Made by a program: the position numbers and the translations under genes
The notes under the pieces: model-generated
What the model saw: the letters and a program-made list of their open reading frames with translations, nothing else
Databases searched by the model: none
Told to the model about the DNA's origin: nothing
Shown here: positions 10,587 through 20,127 of the stretch, one piece after another
Layout: each line of letters begins with the position of its first letter
Position numbering within the stretch: position 1 is the stretch's first letter
IMG/VR virus record: IMGVR_UViG_3300031555_004349
Location: 54,134 to 118,133 of that record
Source of the DNA: a virus
Lineage: Duplodnaviria > Caudoviricetes
Direction: 5' to 3' (one strand)
DNA length: 64,000 nt

Positions 10587-12440
10587 TTAGTCTACTATCT
10601 TGCTAAAATCAATTGCGCCAGAAAATACAAAATCTTTTCTAGGCTTTACATCTGAACCCATAAGTTCTTCTAATCTGTAAAAACTTCTTTCGTCAGGAAT
10701 AAGTACTTCCACTCTTTGATTATCTTTATTAAACATACTTTCTTTTGTATCTTGAGCGCTTAATTCTCCAAGTCCTTTAAAACGAGTTTGTTCACCTTTA
10801 ATTCCACTTGTGTTTAGCTCTTCTTCATCATAGAAGTAATAATTATTTTTCCCTTTTTGAACTCTAAACAAAGGTGCTTTTAACCAGCATAATCTACCTT
10901 CTTCAATGAATTGTGGCATTAGTGCTTTAAATAAGCTCATAATTAAACAAGCAATATGACATCCGTCATCGTCAGCGTCAACTGCAATTCCAACTTTTCC
11001 ATATCTTAATTTTTTATTGTCATACTTATCTAAAATTCCACAACCAAGTGCAGTTAAAATAGATTGAACTTCTTCATTTTCAAGTCCTTCATCAAGAGGA
11101 CAAGATAATAAATTACGAATTTTACCTCTAATAGCTAAAATTCCATATTTCTCTGTATCTCTACCACTTGCTAAACCTGCCATAGCAGAGTTTCCTTCTG
11201 CAATTAACAACATTGCATCTTCTCCTAAGAATTCTGCATCTTTTAATTTTTCAGGCATAACTGTTTTTTTACTTCTTGAATTAACAATTTTAGCTTGTGC
11301 ATTAATAACTGCATTCCTTGCGCGGTCTGCTGCCTCTTCAGCTTTTTCTTCTTTTGATAAGAATTCTTTAATTTCATCTGCGTCTTGCGCATATTGTTTA
11401 ACATATATTTTAAAATATTCACTAAAAGCTCTATCAGCTAATTGCCTTAATTCAGGATTATTTATCTTTGTTTTTGTTTGATTTGCAAAAGAAGGATTTG
11501 GAGTTTTACAAGCAATTGCTGCTACCAAGCCTGTTCTCGCCATTTCTCCAGTAAAATTTCTTTTAAATTCTTTATTTAAATTACGAGTTATAGCTGTTTT
11601 TAATCCAGTTAAACTTGTACCACCTTCTATATTTTCCAAACCATTTGTGAAAACATATATTTTTTCTTTTTCTTTTGTCCATTGTAAAGCTATTTCTATT
11701 TCATTTTGTCCATCTTTTAATTGATAATAAAATGGATGTTCGTGAACAACATTTTTAGCTTTGTCTGCAATAAGGTCTAATAGACCATTTTTTGCACAAT
11801 AAGTAACAGATTTAGAAGTTTTAGTTTCTTTCAATTTGAAAGTTAAACCTTTTGTTAAATAAGATAAATTTTTACAAGTATTACACAATACTTCAAAATC
11901 TATAACAATTGGTTCAAGATTATAAACTTCTTCATCTGGTGTAAATGTAACTGTTGTTCCACTTGTTTTATCTGTTATTTTTTCTTCTTTATATGAAATT
12001 AAATTTCCCTTTTCAAAAATAGCTGTTGCACTTTTTCCATCTCTACAAGAAATAACTTCAAATTTCTTTGAACTTAAACAAGTTGCTTTTGCGCCAATAC
12101 CGTTAAGTCCAGCTACAGAATTGTAAACTTTATCGTTAAATTTACCACCTGTGTGAGGTTTTGAATAAATATCTACTAAAACATTAGTGCCATCATCTTT
12201 TTTTCCAAAAGGAACACCTCTTGCAAAGTCTTTTATTGTTACTGTATTACCGTTTAAAGTAATATGAATTTCTTTTCCAAAGCCCATATAAAACTCATCA
12301 ATTGAGTTTGAAATAATTTCTTGGATAGAATTATAAACGCCTTGCATATCCGCGCTACCTAAATACATAGCTATTCTTTTACGAACGCCATCGCGAAATG
12401 ATAATGTTTCAATATCATTAATACCATAATTTGTAGCCAT
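10587..12440 (-). CDS. gyrB: Type IIA topoisomerase subunit B (GyrB/ParE-like)
   Basis: VRKRIAMYLG, EIISNSIDE, HTGGKF, GLNGIGA GHKL motifs; EGNSA, IRGK, DADDDG TOPRIM; RFKGLGE; start at ATG 12440. Confidence 0.85.
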   Translation of the reverse strand: MATNYGINDIETLSFRDGVRKRIAMYLGSADMQGVYNSIQEIISNSIDEFYMGFGKEIHITLNGNTVTIKDFARGVPFGKKDDGTNVLVDIYSKPHTGGKFNDKVYNSVAGLNGIGAKATCLSSKKFEVISCRDGKSATAIFEKGNLISYKEEKITDKTSGTTVTFTPDEEVYNLEPIVIDFEVLCNTCKNLSYLTKGLTFKLKETKTSKSVTYCAKNGLLDLIADKAKNVVHEHPFYYQLKDGQNEIEIALQWTKEKEKIYVFTNGLENIEGGTSLTGLKTAITRNLNKEFKRNFTGEMARTGLVAAIACKTPNPSFANQTKTKINNPELRQLADRAFSEYFKIYVKQYAQDADEIKEFLSKEEKAEEAADRARNAVINAQAKIVNSRSKKTVMPEKLKDAEFLGEDAMLLIAEGNSAMAGLASGRDTEKYGILAIRGKIRNLLSCPLDEGLENEEVQSILTALGCGILDKYDNKKLRYGKVGIAVDADDDGCHIACLIMSLFKALMPQFIEEGRLCWLKAPLFRVQKGKNNYYFYDEEELNTSGIKGEQTRFKGLGELSAQDTKESMFNKDNQRVEVLIPDERSFYRLEELMGSDVKPRKDFVFSGAIDFSKIVD

Positions 12441-12535
12441 TTTATTCCTCCATTCCATTTAAACTATATTAATTATATCAAAAATTCATTTTAAAATCAA
12501 GTTTTAAATGAAAAGAACTGGCTCGCGCCAGTTTC

Positions 12536-12721
12536 TTATATTAAGTTTATTTCTACAACTTTATTTTTTAATCCAAATTGACTATTGATAAAGTCTAAAA
12601 CCTCTTTTTTAGTTAATGGTTTTCCCTTTTTAACCATTTTCTTTTCTTTTGCACTCCAAACTAATGGAAATCTTATTGTGTCATACATTGCTTTTGACAT
12701 TGTGTAAGTTACTGTTCCCAT
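12536..12721 (-). CDS. Hypothetical protein
   Basis: Short ORF tightly coupled to ligase stop, with RBS. Confidence 0.5.
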   Translation of the reverse strand: MGTVTYTMSKAMYDTIRFPLVWSAKEKKMVKKGKPLTKKEVLDFINSQFGLKNKVVEINLI

Positions 12722-12723
12722 AA

Positions 12724-13836
12724 TTATTCTCCTTTCTTTTCAAAAATTTTTTCAAAAGTACAATCTTCAATTGTTATATCATCTCTAAACCCAACAAACT
12801 TTGGGTGTCTTAATTTGAAATCTGCTGTCGTTTCCATAGCATTTACTAAACAAACTCTATCTTTATATTTATTAGGATTTGTTAAAAAATCTTCTTTAAT
12901 TTCATCACTAAAACCAGACACATATCCAATTACAACTCTTTCGTGATTTTTGTTTATAACGCCCATTTCTAAAGAACCAAACCAACCTTTGTAATAAGGT
13001 TTTGTAATTGGTGTAATTGTTGCGCCGTTTAAATAATCTTGATAAAGTTTTCCAAATAATTTTTCAGCAGTTTTTTCATTTTCCCAATATTCCCAATTTG
13101 CTATGTCTTTTCCTGTATATTCTTTTGTTGGAAGTTTTACTTCGCCTGTTAAAAATACATCAGCTTCACTTTGTAATTCTTTTTTAATTTTTATAGTTTT
13201 CCAAGCTGTTCTTTTACCTGGTGTTACCATTGAGCCCTTTAAAGTACAAACAATTCCTTCTTCATTATTATCAAAAACAAAATCTAATAATTCTTTAATT
13301 GTTTCTACTCCTGAATAATATTCAGCAAATTCGATAAATTCGGGAAGTTCTCCCCAACTTGTCTTTAATTCTTTTAAAAACTCAATTCTTTCTGTTTTTG
13401 TAGCGGTCATATAATCTTTTCCATCATAATACCACACATCGTGAATAAAGAAAAATAAAGGTTTTTCTTTTTGTCTAAAAATTGCCTTTGGAGGTAAACA
13501 TCTCAATATAGAACCGACATCTTTATCGTTCCATTCTGGTCTATAAAGTTCCCCAATTAGTAAACTATTGTTTGGAACTTTTTCTTTTAAAAAATCAATA
13601 ATATGAGGTATTTTATCTTGAACTTCTCCATAAGTGCCAGTTACAACACTTTTCCCTCTTGTTTGCATTTTTAACTCATTATTTAAAATTATAAAACGAG
13701 CGTAATTTCCGTCTTTTTTAATACTTGCAACATATTCATCACTTTCAATTCGTTGCATAATTTTTTGTTCTTTATTTTCTGTATTAACTGCTACGCCATA
13801 TACTTTTTCTGGCTCTAATTCAAATAAATTTAACAT
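12724..13836 (-). CDS. ATP-dependent DNA ligase
   Basis: KKDG adenylation motif, IGELY, EGIV, WKTIKIK, LRHPKFVGFRDD. Confidence 0.85.
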   Translation of the reverse strand: MLNLFELEPEKVYGVAVNTENKEQKIMQRIESDEYVASIKKDGNYARFIILNNELKMQTRGKSVVTGTYGEVQDKIPHIIDFLKEKVPNNSLLIGELYRPEWNDKDVGSILRCLPPKAIFRQKEKPLFFFIHDVWYYDGKDYMTATKTERIEFLKELKTSWGELPEFIEFAEYYSGVETIKELLDFVFDNNEEGIVCTLKGSMVTPGKRTAWKTIKIKKELQSEADVFLTGEVKLPTKEYTGKDIANWEYWENEKTAEKLFGKLYQDYLNGATITPITKPYYKGWFGSLEMGVINKNHERVVIGYVSGFSDEIKEDFLTNPNKYKDRVCLVNAMETTADFKLRHPKFVGFRDDITIEDCTFEKIFEKKGE

Positions 13837-13903
13837 AAAATTAAACTCCTTTTTTAATATCTATAATAAAATTATAGCATAATTTAAGGAGTTTTTCAAG
13901 TTT

Positions 13904-14443
13904 TTATTCGGTTAAAATTACTTTAATAATTTCGTTAGCTTCTTCTTTTAAATCTTCTTCTGTTCCAGCATTTATAACAATCATATCCCATTGATTATAA
14001 TTATCCAAAGAAGTCTCACTAGAATGTTGCAATTGCTCTTTGGTTAATTTACTTTCATGCCCAGGTCTTATTATTCTTACTTTATAAATACTTCTATCTT
14101 TTTCGCGCCATCTATCATATTCATTTGGAAAACGACAATCAGCTACAATTGCAACATCATAATCATTTTTTACTACATCAATTGTATTAATTACCATATC
14201 TACCCAAATATTTTCTGAAACTCTGTTGCGACCTTGTTCAGTACCAATATGTTGTAATAACGCGCGACCACCTTCGTCTTTTTCACCATTCCAAAAATAA
14301 TATTGTTTTGCAATAAATTTTACATAGTCTGCATAATTGATTAAAAGAGTTCTTTTTCCTTGTAACTCTAGTTGCTCTCTTAAAATAGTAGCAAAAGTAG
14401 TTTTACCTGCTTCAGCTTTTCCAGATATACCTATTACCTTCAT
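13904..14443 (-). CDS. Deoxynucleoside monophosphate kinase-like P-loop kinase
   Basis: GISGKAEAGKT, RALLQHIGTE, DCRFPNE, HSSETSLD. Confidence 0.8.
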   Translation of the reverse strand: MKVIGISGKAEAGKTTFATILREQLELQGKRTLLINYADYVKFIAKQYYFWNGEKDEGGRALLQHIGTEQGRNRVSENIWVDMVINTIDVVKNDYDVAIVADCRFPNEYDRWREKDRSIYKVRIIRPGHESKLTKEQLQHSSETSLDNYNQWDMIVINAGTEEDLKEEANEIIKVILTE

Positions 14444-15263
14444 TTGCTTCCTCCAATATTTTCTTTTTAATGTTATTAATAATAATTTCCACTGATTTCT
14501 TTTTATAGGCTTCGCGCCAAGCTGCAGTTTCTACTTCATCTGTTAATAGCATATCTGCTTTATCTTTAATTAATGCACAATAAATATTAGCAAAATTTTG
14601 AGCTGTATGTAAATCCAATTTATTTGTTTTTGTATCTATTAAAAATTTTTCCATTATTTCTGAATGATATCTAATTGAATCTTTAAAGCTTTTACTAAAA
14701 TCAAAATAATTTTGCATGAATTCATAAAGTCTCATAATGTGATGAACTTGTTTTCCATCATAACCCCATTTATCAATTTTCCAAGCAATTGTTGGATAAG
14801 GATGGCACATAGCTTTTTTCTTCTCCATACTCATTCCGCAAATTGATTTTAGTAAAGGTGTTTTACATTCTTTTACTAAATCTTCTAAATGGTCTCTAAA
14901 CCAATCCACTTCTGCCAAATAATCAGAATTAATAAAAGTAACTTTTGCACATAAAATTTCTAAAAACTGAATATTGGCTTTTAATAAAGTTGGAATGAAC
15001 GCGCGAATATCTTTAATATCACACTTTCCAGTACTAATGTCAATTGTAGTAGATATTGGTGTAGAATTATGGACTAAATCTTCTAAAGTGGGTAAAATAA
15101 TTACTTTTGTATCGATATCAGATTTGTATTCTTCTGTATCTAATTCCAACCCATAATTATGAGAACCATAGTTTGCAGCAAATAGTATAGTATAACCCAT
15201 TTTATTAACTTCAGTCATACTTTCTTTAAGAGCGTTACTTATTCTTTCCGTCTCCTTGTTCAT
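14412..15263 (-). CDS. DNA polymerase beta-family nucleotidyltransferase (RNA-repair type)
   Basis: YGSHNYGL...SDIDTK nucleotidyltransferase motif; YDGKQVHHIMRL. Confidence 0.7.
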   Translation of the reverse strand: MNKETERISNALKESMTEVNKMGYTILFAANYGSHNYGLELDTEEYKSDIDTKVIILPTLEDLVHNSTPISTTIDISTGKCDIKDIRAFIPTLLKANIQFLEILCAKVTFINSDYLAEVDWFRDHLEDLVKECKTPLLKSICGMSMEKKKAMCHPYPTIAWKIDKWGYDGKQVHHIMRLYEFMQNYFDFSKSFKDSIRYHSEIMEKFLIDTKTNKLDLHTAQNFANIYCALIKDKADMLLTDEVETAAWREAYKKKSVEIIINNIKKKILEEANEGNRYIWKS

Positions 15264-15519
15264 TTTTATCTCCTTTCTTGTAAAAACTTAATTGTAAATA
15301 GTTTTCAAGCATTTTATCATTTTTTTCTATTAATTCTTCTAAAACTTTAATTAGAATAGAATCTTTAATACTTACTTTTTTAAAAAAAGCTGAACCTTTA
15401 AATTGTACCTCTCCATTTGGCCAGGTATTGTATTTTACAGTTGTCAAAGCTCTCTTTAATTCTTTATTTTCCTCTATTTTTCTTTCAATAACATCTTGAT
15501 ATGCTGAAAAATTACTCAT
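15235..15519 (-). CDS. Hypothetical protein
   Basis: ORF within a tightly packed operon. Confidence 0.5.
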   Translation of the reverse strand: MSNFSAYQDVIERKIEENKELKRALTTVKYNTWPNGEVQFKGSAFFKKVSIKDSILIKVLEELIEKNDKMLENYLQLSFYKKGDKNEQGDGKNK

Positions 15520-15709
15520 AATAACTCTCCTTTATAGTAATTGATGAACCACATTCTGGACATTGTACAAATTTTTCATAATGAAAATGACTTGAAAAAG
15601 GTATATTTGTATAATGTTCTTTAATATCTTTGTGGTTATAAATAAATTCACAGTTACAACTTAAACAAATTCCTTGTTGAACCGCATTTCCGTGTTTAAT
15701 AATTTCCAT
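15512..15709 (-). CDS. Small Zn-ribbon protein (similar to 44790..45047)
   Basis: CLSC and CPECG pairs. Confidence 0.55.
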   Translation of the reverse strand: MEIIKHGNAVQQGICLSCNCEFIYNHKDIKEHYTNIPFSSHFHYEKFVQCPECGSSITIKESYYE

Positions 15710-16653
15710 TAATGTGCCTCCTTATCCGCTAATTTTAATAGCTGTAATTGATAATAAAGTTTTTCACCAACTATACTTCTTAATTTTCTAGTGGCTTTTT
15801 CGCTATCTGCGCAATCGTGAGCGCGCATATGAAATGCAATTAAAATACATAATTCAATTGTTTCTTCTAAAGTAAATTTACTCATTTTTGCATAAAACAT
15901 TGCTTCATAGCTACTTACATTTGCGTGATTTAAATATTGTGCACGAATTACTCCATTTACTTCTTCAGTATAACTCTTACAAAAAACTTTTCCTATATCG
16001 TGTAATTCAGCAGCTTTTAACAACACTTTGTTTGTAGTTAACATTTTCATAATTTCATAAGCTTTTTCCATATGACTTCCAATTGTTAAAGTGTGATAAG
16101 GAGTTTCGTGACTTGTTTTTATAAATCTTTCATAAGGATGCTCTACTCCATACATTTCTTTGTCTATTCCAAAAGGATAAACAATATCAATTTGATGAAC
16201 ACTTTCTAAATGAGTTGGAAATTCAAAATTTTTATACATTCTCTCAATTACTTCTTCAGGCACTTGTCTATTTCTTTTTCTATTATTTTCTAAACATTTG
16301 TAATAAGGTGTTGCTATTATGACATAACGAATATAACCAAATTCATAAAAACCGCTAATTTCTTTTTCAACATAATCTGTAATAGAAGCTCTTGCTTTTC
16401 TTGTTAGATTAGTTGCGTCAATAACCACTCTTCCGCCTAATTGTAATTTTGCAACCGTTCTAGCTTTAATATAGTCAAAAACTTCTTCATTATGAGTTTG
16501 GTCATTTTCATCTCCAAATAAGCGAAGTCTTACTTGGTCAGATGAAAGTATTTCAGTATTGTAATTAAAAATTCTTGCAAAATCATATTGTTGTCTTGCC
16601 CAAGTACTTTTTCCACTACCTGGCAAGCCTATTAATAAAACTAATTCTGGCAT
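15709..16653 (-). CDS. Polynucleotide kinase-like AAA_33 domain fused to HD phosphohydrolase
   Basis: GLPGSGKSTW, SSDQVR, IDATN; C-terminal H...H...LHDIGK...H. Confidence 0.8.
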   Translation of the reverse strand: MPELVLLIGLPGSGKSTWARQQYDFARIFNYNTEILSSDQVRLRLFGDENDQTHNEEVFDYIKARTVAKLQLGGRVVIDATNLTRKARASITDYVEKEISGFYEFGYIRYVIIATPYYKCLENNRKRNRQVPEEVIERMYKNFEFPTHLESVHQIDIVYPFGIDKEMYGVEHPYERFIKTSHETPYHTLTIGSHMEKAYEIMKMLTTNKVLLKAAELHDIGKVFCKSYTEEVNGVIRAQYLNHANVSSYEAMFYAKMSKFTLEETIELCILIAFHMRAHDCADSEKATRKLRSIVGEKLYYQLQLLKLADKEAH

Positions 16654-16667
16654 TTATTTTCTCCTTT

Positions 16668-17174
16668 CTAAAATTTCATATCCATTGCTTCATTCGCAAG
16701 TTGGTCACATTTTTCATTCCATTTATTTCCTGAATGCCCTTTAACTTTTTCAAATTTAACATTGAAAGCTTCTTCAGTGGCTTCTAACATTCTATCAAGT
16801 TTCTGCCAAAGTTCTTTGTTTTTTACTGGTGTTTTAGATGCTGTTACCCAACCATTTGCGCGCCAACCATTAATCCAATTTGTTATTCCATTTATTGTAT
16901 ATGCACTATCACTATAAATTATCAAATCATTTTTAACAAAAGCATAATCAAGTGGGACATTTTTATATATTAAATCTAAACCTCTAATTATGGCATAAAT
17001 TTCGGCTTTATTGTTTGTATTAGGGTCAAAATTTAATTTTTCTTTAAGAAAAATTGGTGCTTTTCCTTCAACAATTAAAACACAACCAATTCCACTTATT
17101 GGATTAGTAGAAGTTCCATTACCTCTACACGCGCCATCTGTATATAATTCAATTTTCATTACATTTTCCTCCAA
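16668..17174 (-). CDS. rnhA: Ribonuclease HI
   Basis: YTDGACRGN, TNNKAE, SDSAY, VKNKELW, VKGHSG...NEKCDQLA. Confidence 0.9.
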   Translation of the reverse strand: MEENVMKIELYTDGACRGNGTSTNPISGIGCVLIVEGKAPIFLKEKLNFDPNTNNKAEIYAIIRGLDLIYKNVPLDYAFVKNDLIIYSDSAYTINGITNWINGWRANGWVTASKTPVKNKELWQKLDRMLEATEEAFNVKFEKVKGHSGNKWNEKCDQLANEAMDMKF

Positions 17175-17221
17175 TTCTTTTCTTTAAATATAACAGAATT
17201 TGAGAAAAAAGTCAAATAAAA

Positions 17222-17243
17222 AAAGAGGGTCTTTCGACCCTCT
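17222..17243. terminator. Stem-loop terminator between structural and replication blocks
   Basis: AGAGGGTC-TTTC-GACCCTCT hairpin flanked by A tract (U tract on minus strand). Confidence 0.6.
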
Positions 17244-17244
17244 A

Positions 17245-17460
17245 TTATTTTATATCTTCTTCGATATATAATTCATTCATTTGCTCTTCAGTGAATGTAT
17301 TTGGTACATAAACTGTTGAAGCATAATGTGGAAAATGTTCAGGAATTATATTTCCTCTTTCATCTTCAGTTGCTGCAATATATATATCTTCTTTACTTCT
17401 AATTTGTTTGCCCTCTGTAGCAATTATTTTTGTAACTAACTCTGTTTTTACTAATTGCAT
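17245..17460 (-). CDS. Hypothetical protein
   Basis: GGAGG RBS, follows LRR gene. Confidence 0.55.
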   Translation of the reverse strand: MQLVKTELVTKIIATEGKQIRSKEDIYIAATEDERGNIIPEHFPHYASTVYVPNTFTEEQMNELYIEEDIK

Positions 17461-17469
17461 AATAACCTC

Positions 17470-19176
17470 CTAAGAAACTGTCCAACCTTTATTAGTTGCT
17501 ATTGCGATTTCTTCTTCTGTTAATTTTGCTAAATTTGTTGCAGTAAGCACTAATTGTTGAGTGTATAATGTACCTCCATTAGCCACATCATAAGTTAAAT
17601 TTAAATCATAAAGATTATTAATAATATTCATTAAACTATCATGTGATAATGATGTGTCATACGTAAAATCTAATTTATATTTAGCGTAATTAGCAGTAGT
17701 TTGAGTATACGCTTTTCCAATATTTTTTATACCACCAAAATTAGTTAATTGATTACAACTTCTAAAAGCATTTTCTATATTTATCATAGAAGAACCATCT
17801 ATTTCAGGTAAAGTTGTTATACCAGTACTATAAAAAGCACTAGAAAAATCAGTAACTTTGCTTAAATTAAGTTGGTCAGCTATTATTTCTTTTACTGTGC
17901 TATAATAACACATATTTCTTGCATTGGTTACTTTACTTAAATCGCAATTACTTAAATTAATTGTTTTTAACCCAAAAGTACAATTAAATGTTTGATATAA
18001 ATTAGTAACATTATTTAAACTACAAGTGCTTAAATCTATTTCTGTTAGACCTGTACCAGCGAAAGCGCAAGATAAATTTTTAACCGAACTGAAATTACAA
18101 TTAGTTAAATTTATAGAAGCCAACGCTCCACAACTTTCTAAAAATCCATTAATGTCTGTTGCTTTTGAAAAATCCAAATTACTTAAATCTAAAATAGTTA
18201 ATGACCCCATTTTAGAAAATGCAAGTCCACCTTCTATAACATTATGAAAATCGCAACCTTGTAAATTTAATTCTGCAATATTTGAACAATTATAACACAT
18301 TTTAATTATTTTTGTACAATTGCTGAAATCAATTCTACTTAAATCCAAACTAGTTAATATAGTATTTCCTTCATACATTGAAGTTGCATCCGTAATGCTG
18401 TCTAAATATTCAACAATTTCTGTTTCATTATCGGTACGAGCATTATTTGAGAATAAATAAGCACCACTTGTTAATTTTAATGTTGTAGGAGCAACTGTTT
18501 CGGCAGTTCCTTCTATTCCTAAAATTGTATTTCCTTTAACAAGTTTTTCTGGTGTTAACTCAAGAAGTTCTGCTAATTCATCGTTATATATGTTATATTT
18601 TATACTCGTGTTTGGTCCAACATAAAAATATCCTTGAGCAAAAGGTTTACCTTTTACTTGAATACCAGTATTACTAGAGTTATTGGTTAATTCATCATAA
18701 TAACTTTCTATTCCACCGTATTGGAAATTACGCAACGTACCTATTATTTTTTCTCCATTAACATAAGCTGTTTTTCCTTCTAATAAATATTGTGCTTCAC
18801 CATCCGCATCAGCTGTAAAAGTTCCTTCCATTTCTAAAACTGTTTCACCAGCCTTTAATTTGTCAGCGGTTAAACCAATTGTATCTGCCATATCTGTAAA
18901 AGGCATATGAATTTGATATTTCATTCCATCATCAATAGCCATAGGACCCGGTTTTAAATCAACCCACACACTTGACCATCCATTTGGAATATAAGGTTTC
19001 TTTTGATAACCCATTGCATGAGAACCTCTTTTATCAGGAATAGTTCCTTCAATTTTCCCATTTGGTCCATAGGCTGTAACACCCTCTACTAAGTCCGTAG
19101 GAGTAACAGTAGCATCAGTTGTATCAGTTCCATTATTAACTGATTTTAATAATTTATAAAGTTTATAATTCTCCAT
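17470..19176 (-). CDS. BspA/DUF285-like leucine-rich-repeat protein with duplicated N-terminal phage module
   Basis: About 26-aa LDLS..DFS.V..M...F repeats; N-terminal DA....DL.EG.TAY..G.KI.GT module present twice. Confidence 0.7.
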   Translation of the reverse strand: MENYKLYKLLKSVNNGTDTTDATVTPTDLVEGVTAYGPNGKIEGTIPDKRGSHAMGYQKKPYIPNGWSSVWVDLKPGPMAIDDGMKYQIHMPFTDMADTIGLTADKLKAGETVLEMEGTFTADADGEAQYLLEGKTAYVNGEKIIGTLRNFQYGGIESYYDELTNNSSNTGIQVKGKPFAQGYFYVGPNTSIKYNIYNDELAELLELTPEKLVKGNTILGIEGTAETVAPTTLKLTSGAYLFSNNARTDNETEIVEYLDSITDATSMYEGNTILTSLDLSRIDFSNCTKIIKMCYNCSNIAELNLQGCDFHNVIEGGLAFSKMGSLTILDLSNLDFSKATDINGFLESCGALASINLTNCNFSSVKNLSCAFAGTGLTEIDLSTCSLNNVTNLYQTFNCTFGLKTINLSNCDLSKVTNARNMCYYSTVKEIIADQLNLSKVTDFSSAFYSTGITTLPEIDGSSMINIENAFRSCNQLTNFGGIKNIGKAYTQTTANYAKYKLDFTYDTSLSHDSLMNIINNLYDLNLTYDVANGGTLYTQQLVLTATNLAKLTEEEIAIATNKGWTVS

Positions 19177-19177
19177 A

Positions 19178-19492
19178 TTAGTTATCCTCCAATGTGAAAA
19201 CTATAACTCCTGTTGCAGGAACTTCTGACCTTACAGAACGAACCTTAATTATATTATTTGTACTATATAAAGTATTTTCAATTAAATCATTCCAAGTTGT
19301 ATAGTTTATTTTAATTCTTGTATCTTTAGAAAATACATCAACATTTGCATAAAAACCATTTTGAGTTAATTTATCATATTCCTCTTCGCTATCCGCACTT
19401 AATATATCATAAAGTACAGCTTTAACTTCAGGAAGTTCTAAAATTTCTTGGTCATTTTCTGTTGTTGTAAATTTTATATTTCTTGCAAACAT
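19178..19492 (-). CDS. Hypothetical protein
   Basis: GGAGG RBS, structural operon context. Confidence 0.5.
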   Translation of the reverse strand: MFARNIKFTTTENDQEILELPEVKAVLYDILSADSEEEYDKLTQNGFYANVDVFSKDTRIKINYTTWNDLIENTLYSTNNIIKVRSVRSEVPATGVIVFTLEDN

Positions 19493-19556
19493 TTAAATTC
19501 CTCCTTCTTTATTTTTATAAATAAAAAGAGAAAGTTATTAAACTTTCTCTTTATAA

Positions 19557-20117
19557 TTAAGCTAATTTAATTTGATGAACTGTACCATTTACATCTTTCA
19601 TCATTATATATTTTATATTATGAACTACTCCACTTGTATCTTTAACTCTTACATAAGGGCATCTTCTTGCCACTCCGCTAGTATCTTTTACCATTACATA
19701 TCCTTGCGTTAATTGAATTTGCGCAGGTGCAACAGTTACAGTAGCACTACCAGATTTTAATGAATATGTACCTGTTGCTGTAGTTGTGAATGAACCTGAT
19801 TTGCTTGCGGAATAATTACCATTTGAGTCATGAGTAACTGTTATACTTCTTGTACCAAAAACTTGCCAAGTATTAGTATCTCTCATATCAAATGAAGCAG
19901 CTGATAATGCAGTTCCGTCTATTGTGGTTGTTTGTTTATAACCATAAGTATAATAACTAGAACTAATAGACCTAACTTCTAATTGCAATGTGATAGTAGA
20001 ATAACCTACTCCATCAGTAATATATTGATTAGTAACTTCATAACCTAATCTACATTGATATTCAGTTCTTGTAGAACCACCTGCAGCTTTACAGTTTGTT
20101 GTTGAACCATAAGTCAT
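19557..20117 (-). CDS. Putative minor virion/tail protein (beta-rich)
   Basis: Thr/Ser-rich beta-strand pattern, short C-terminal VKDTSGV repeats, tail-fibre context. Confidence 0.5.
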   Translation of the reverse strand: MTYGSTTNCKAAGGSTRTEYQCRLGYEVTNQYITDGVGYSTITLQLEVRSISSSYYTYGYKQTTTIDGTALSAASFDMRDTNTWQVFGTRSITVTHDSNGNYSASKSGSFTTTATGTYSLKSGSATVTVAPAQIQLTQGYVMVKDTSGVARRCPYVRVKDTSGVVHNIKYIMMKDVNGTVHQIKLA

Positions 20118-20127
20118 AAGCTACCTC

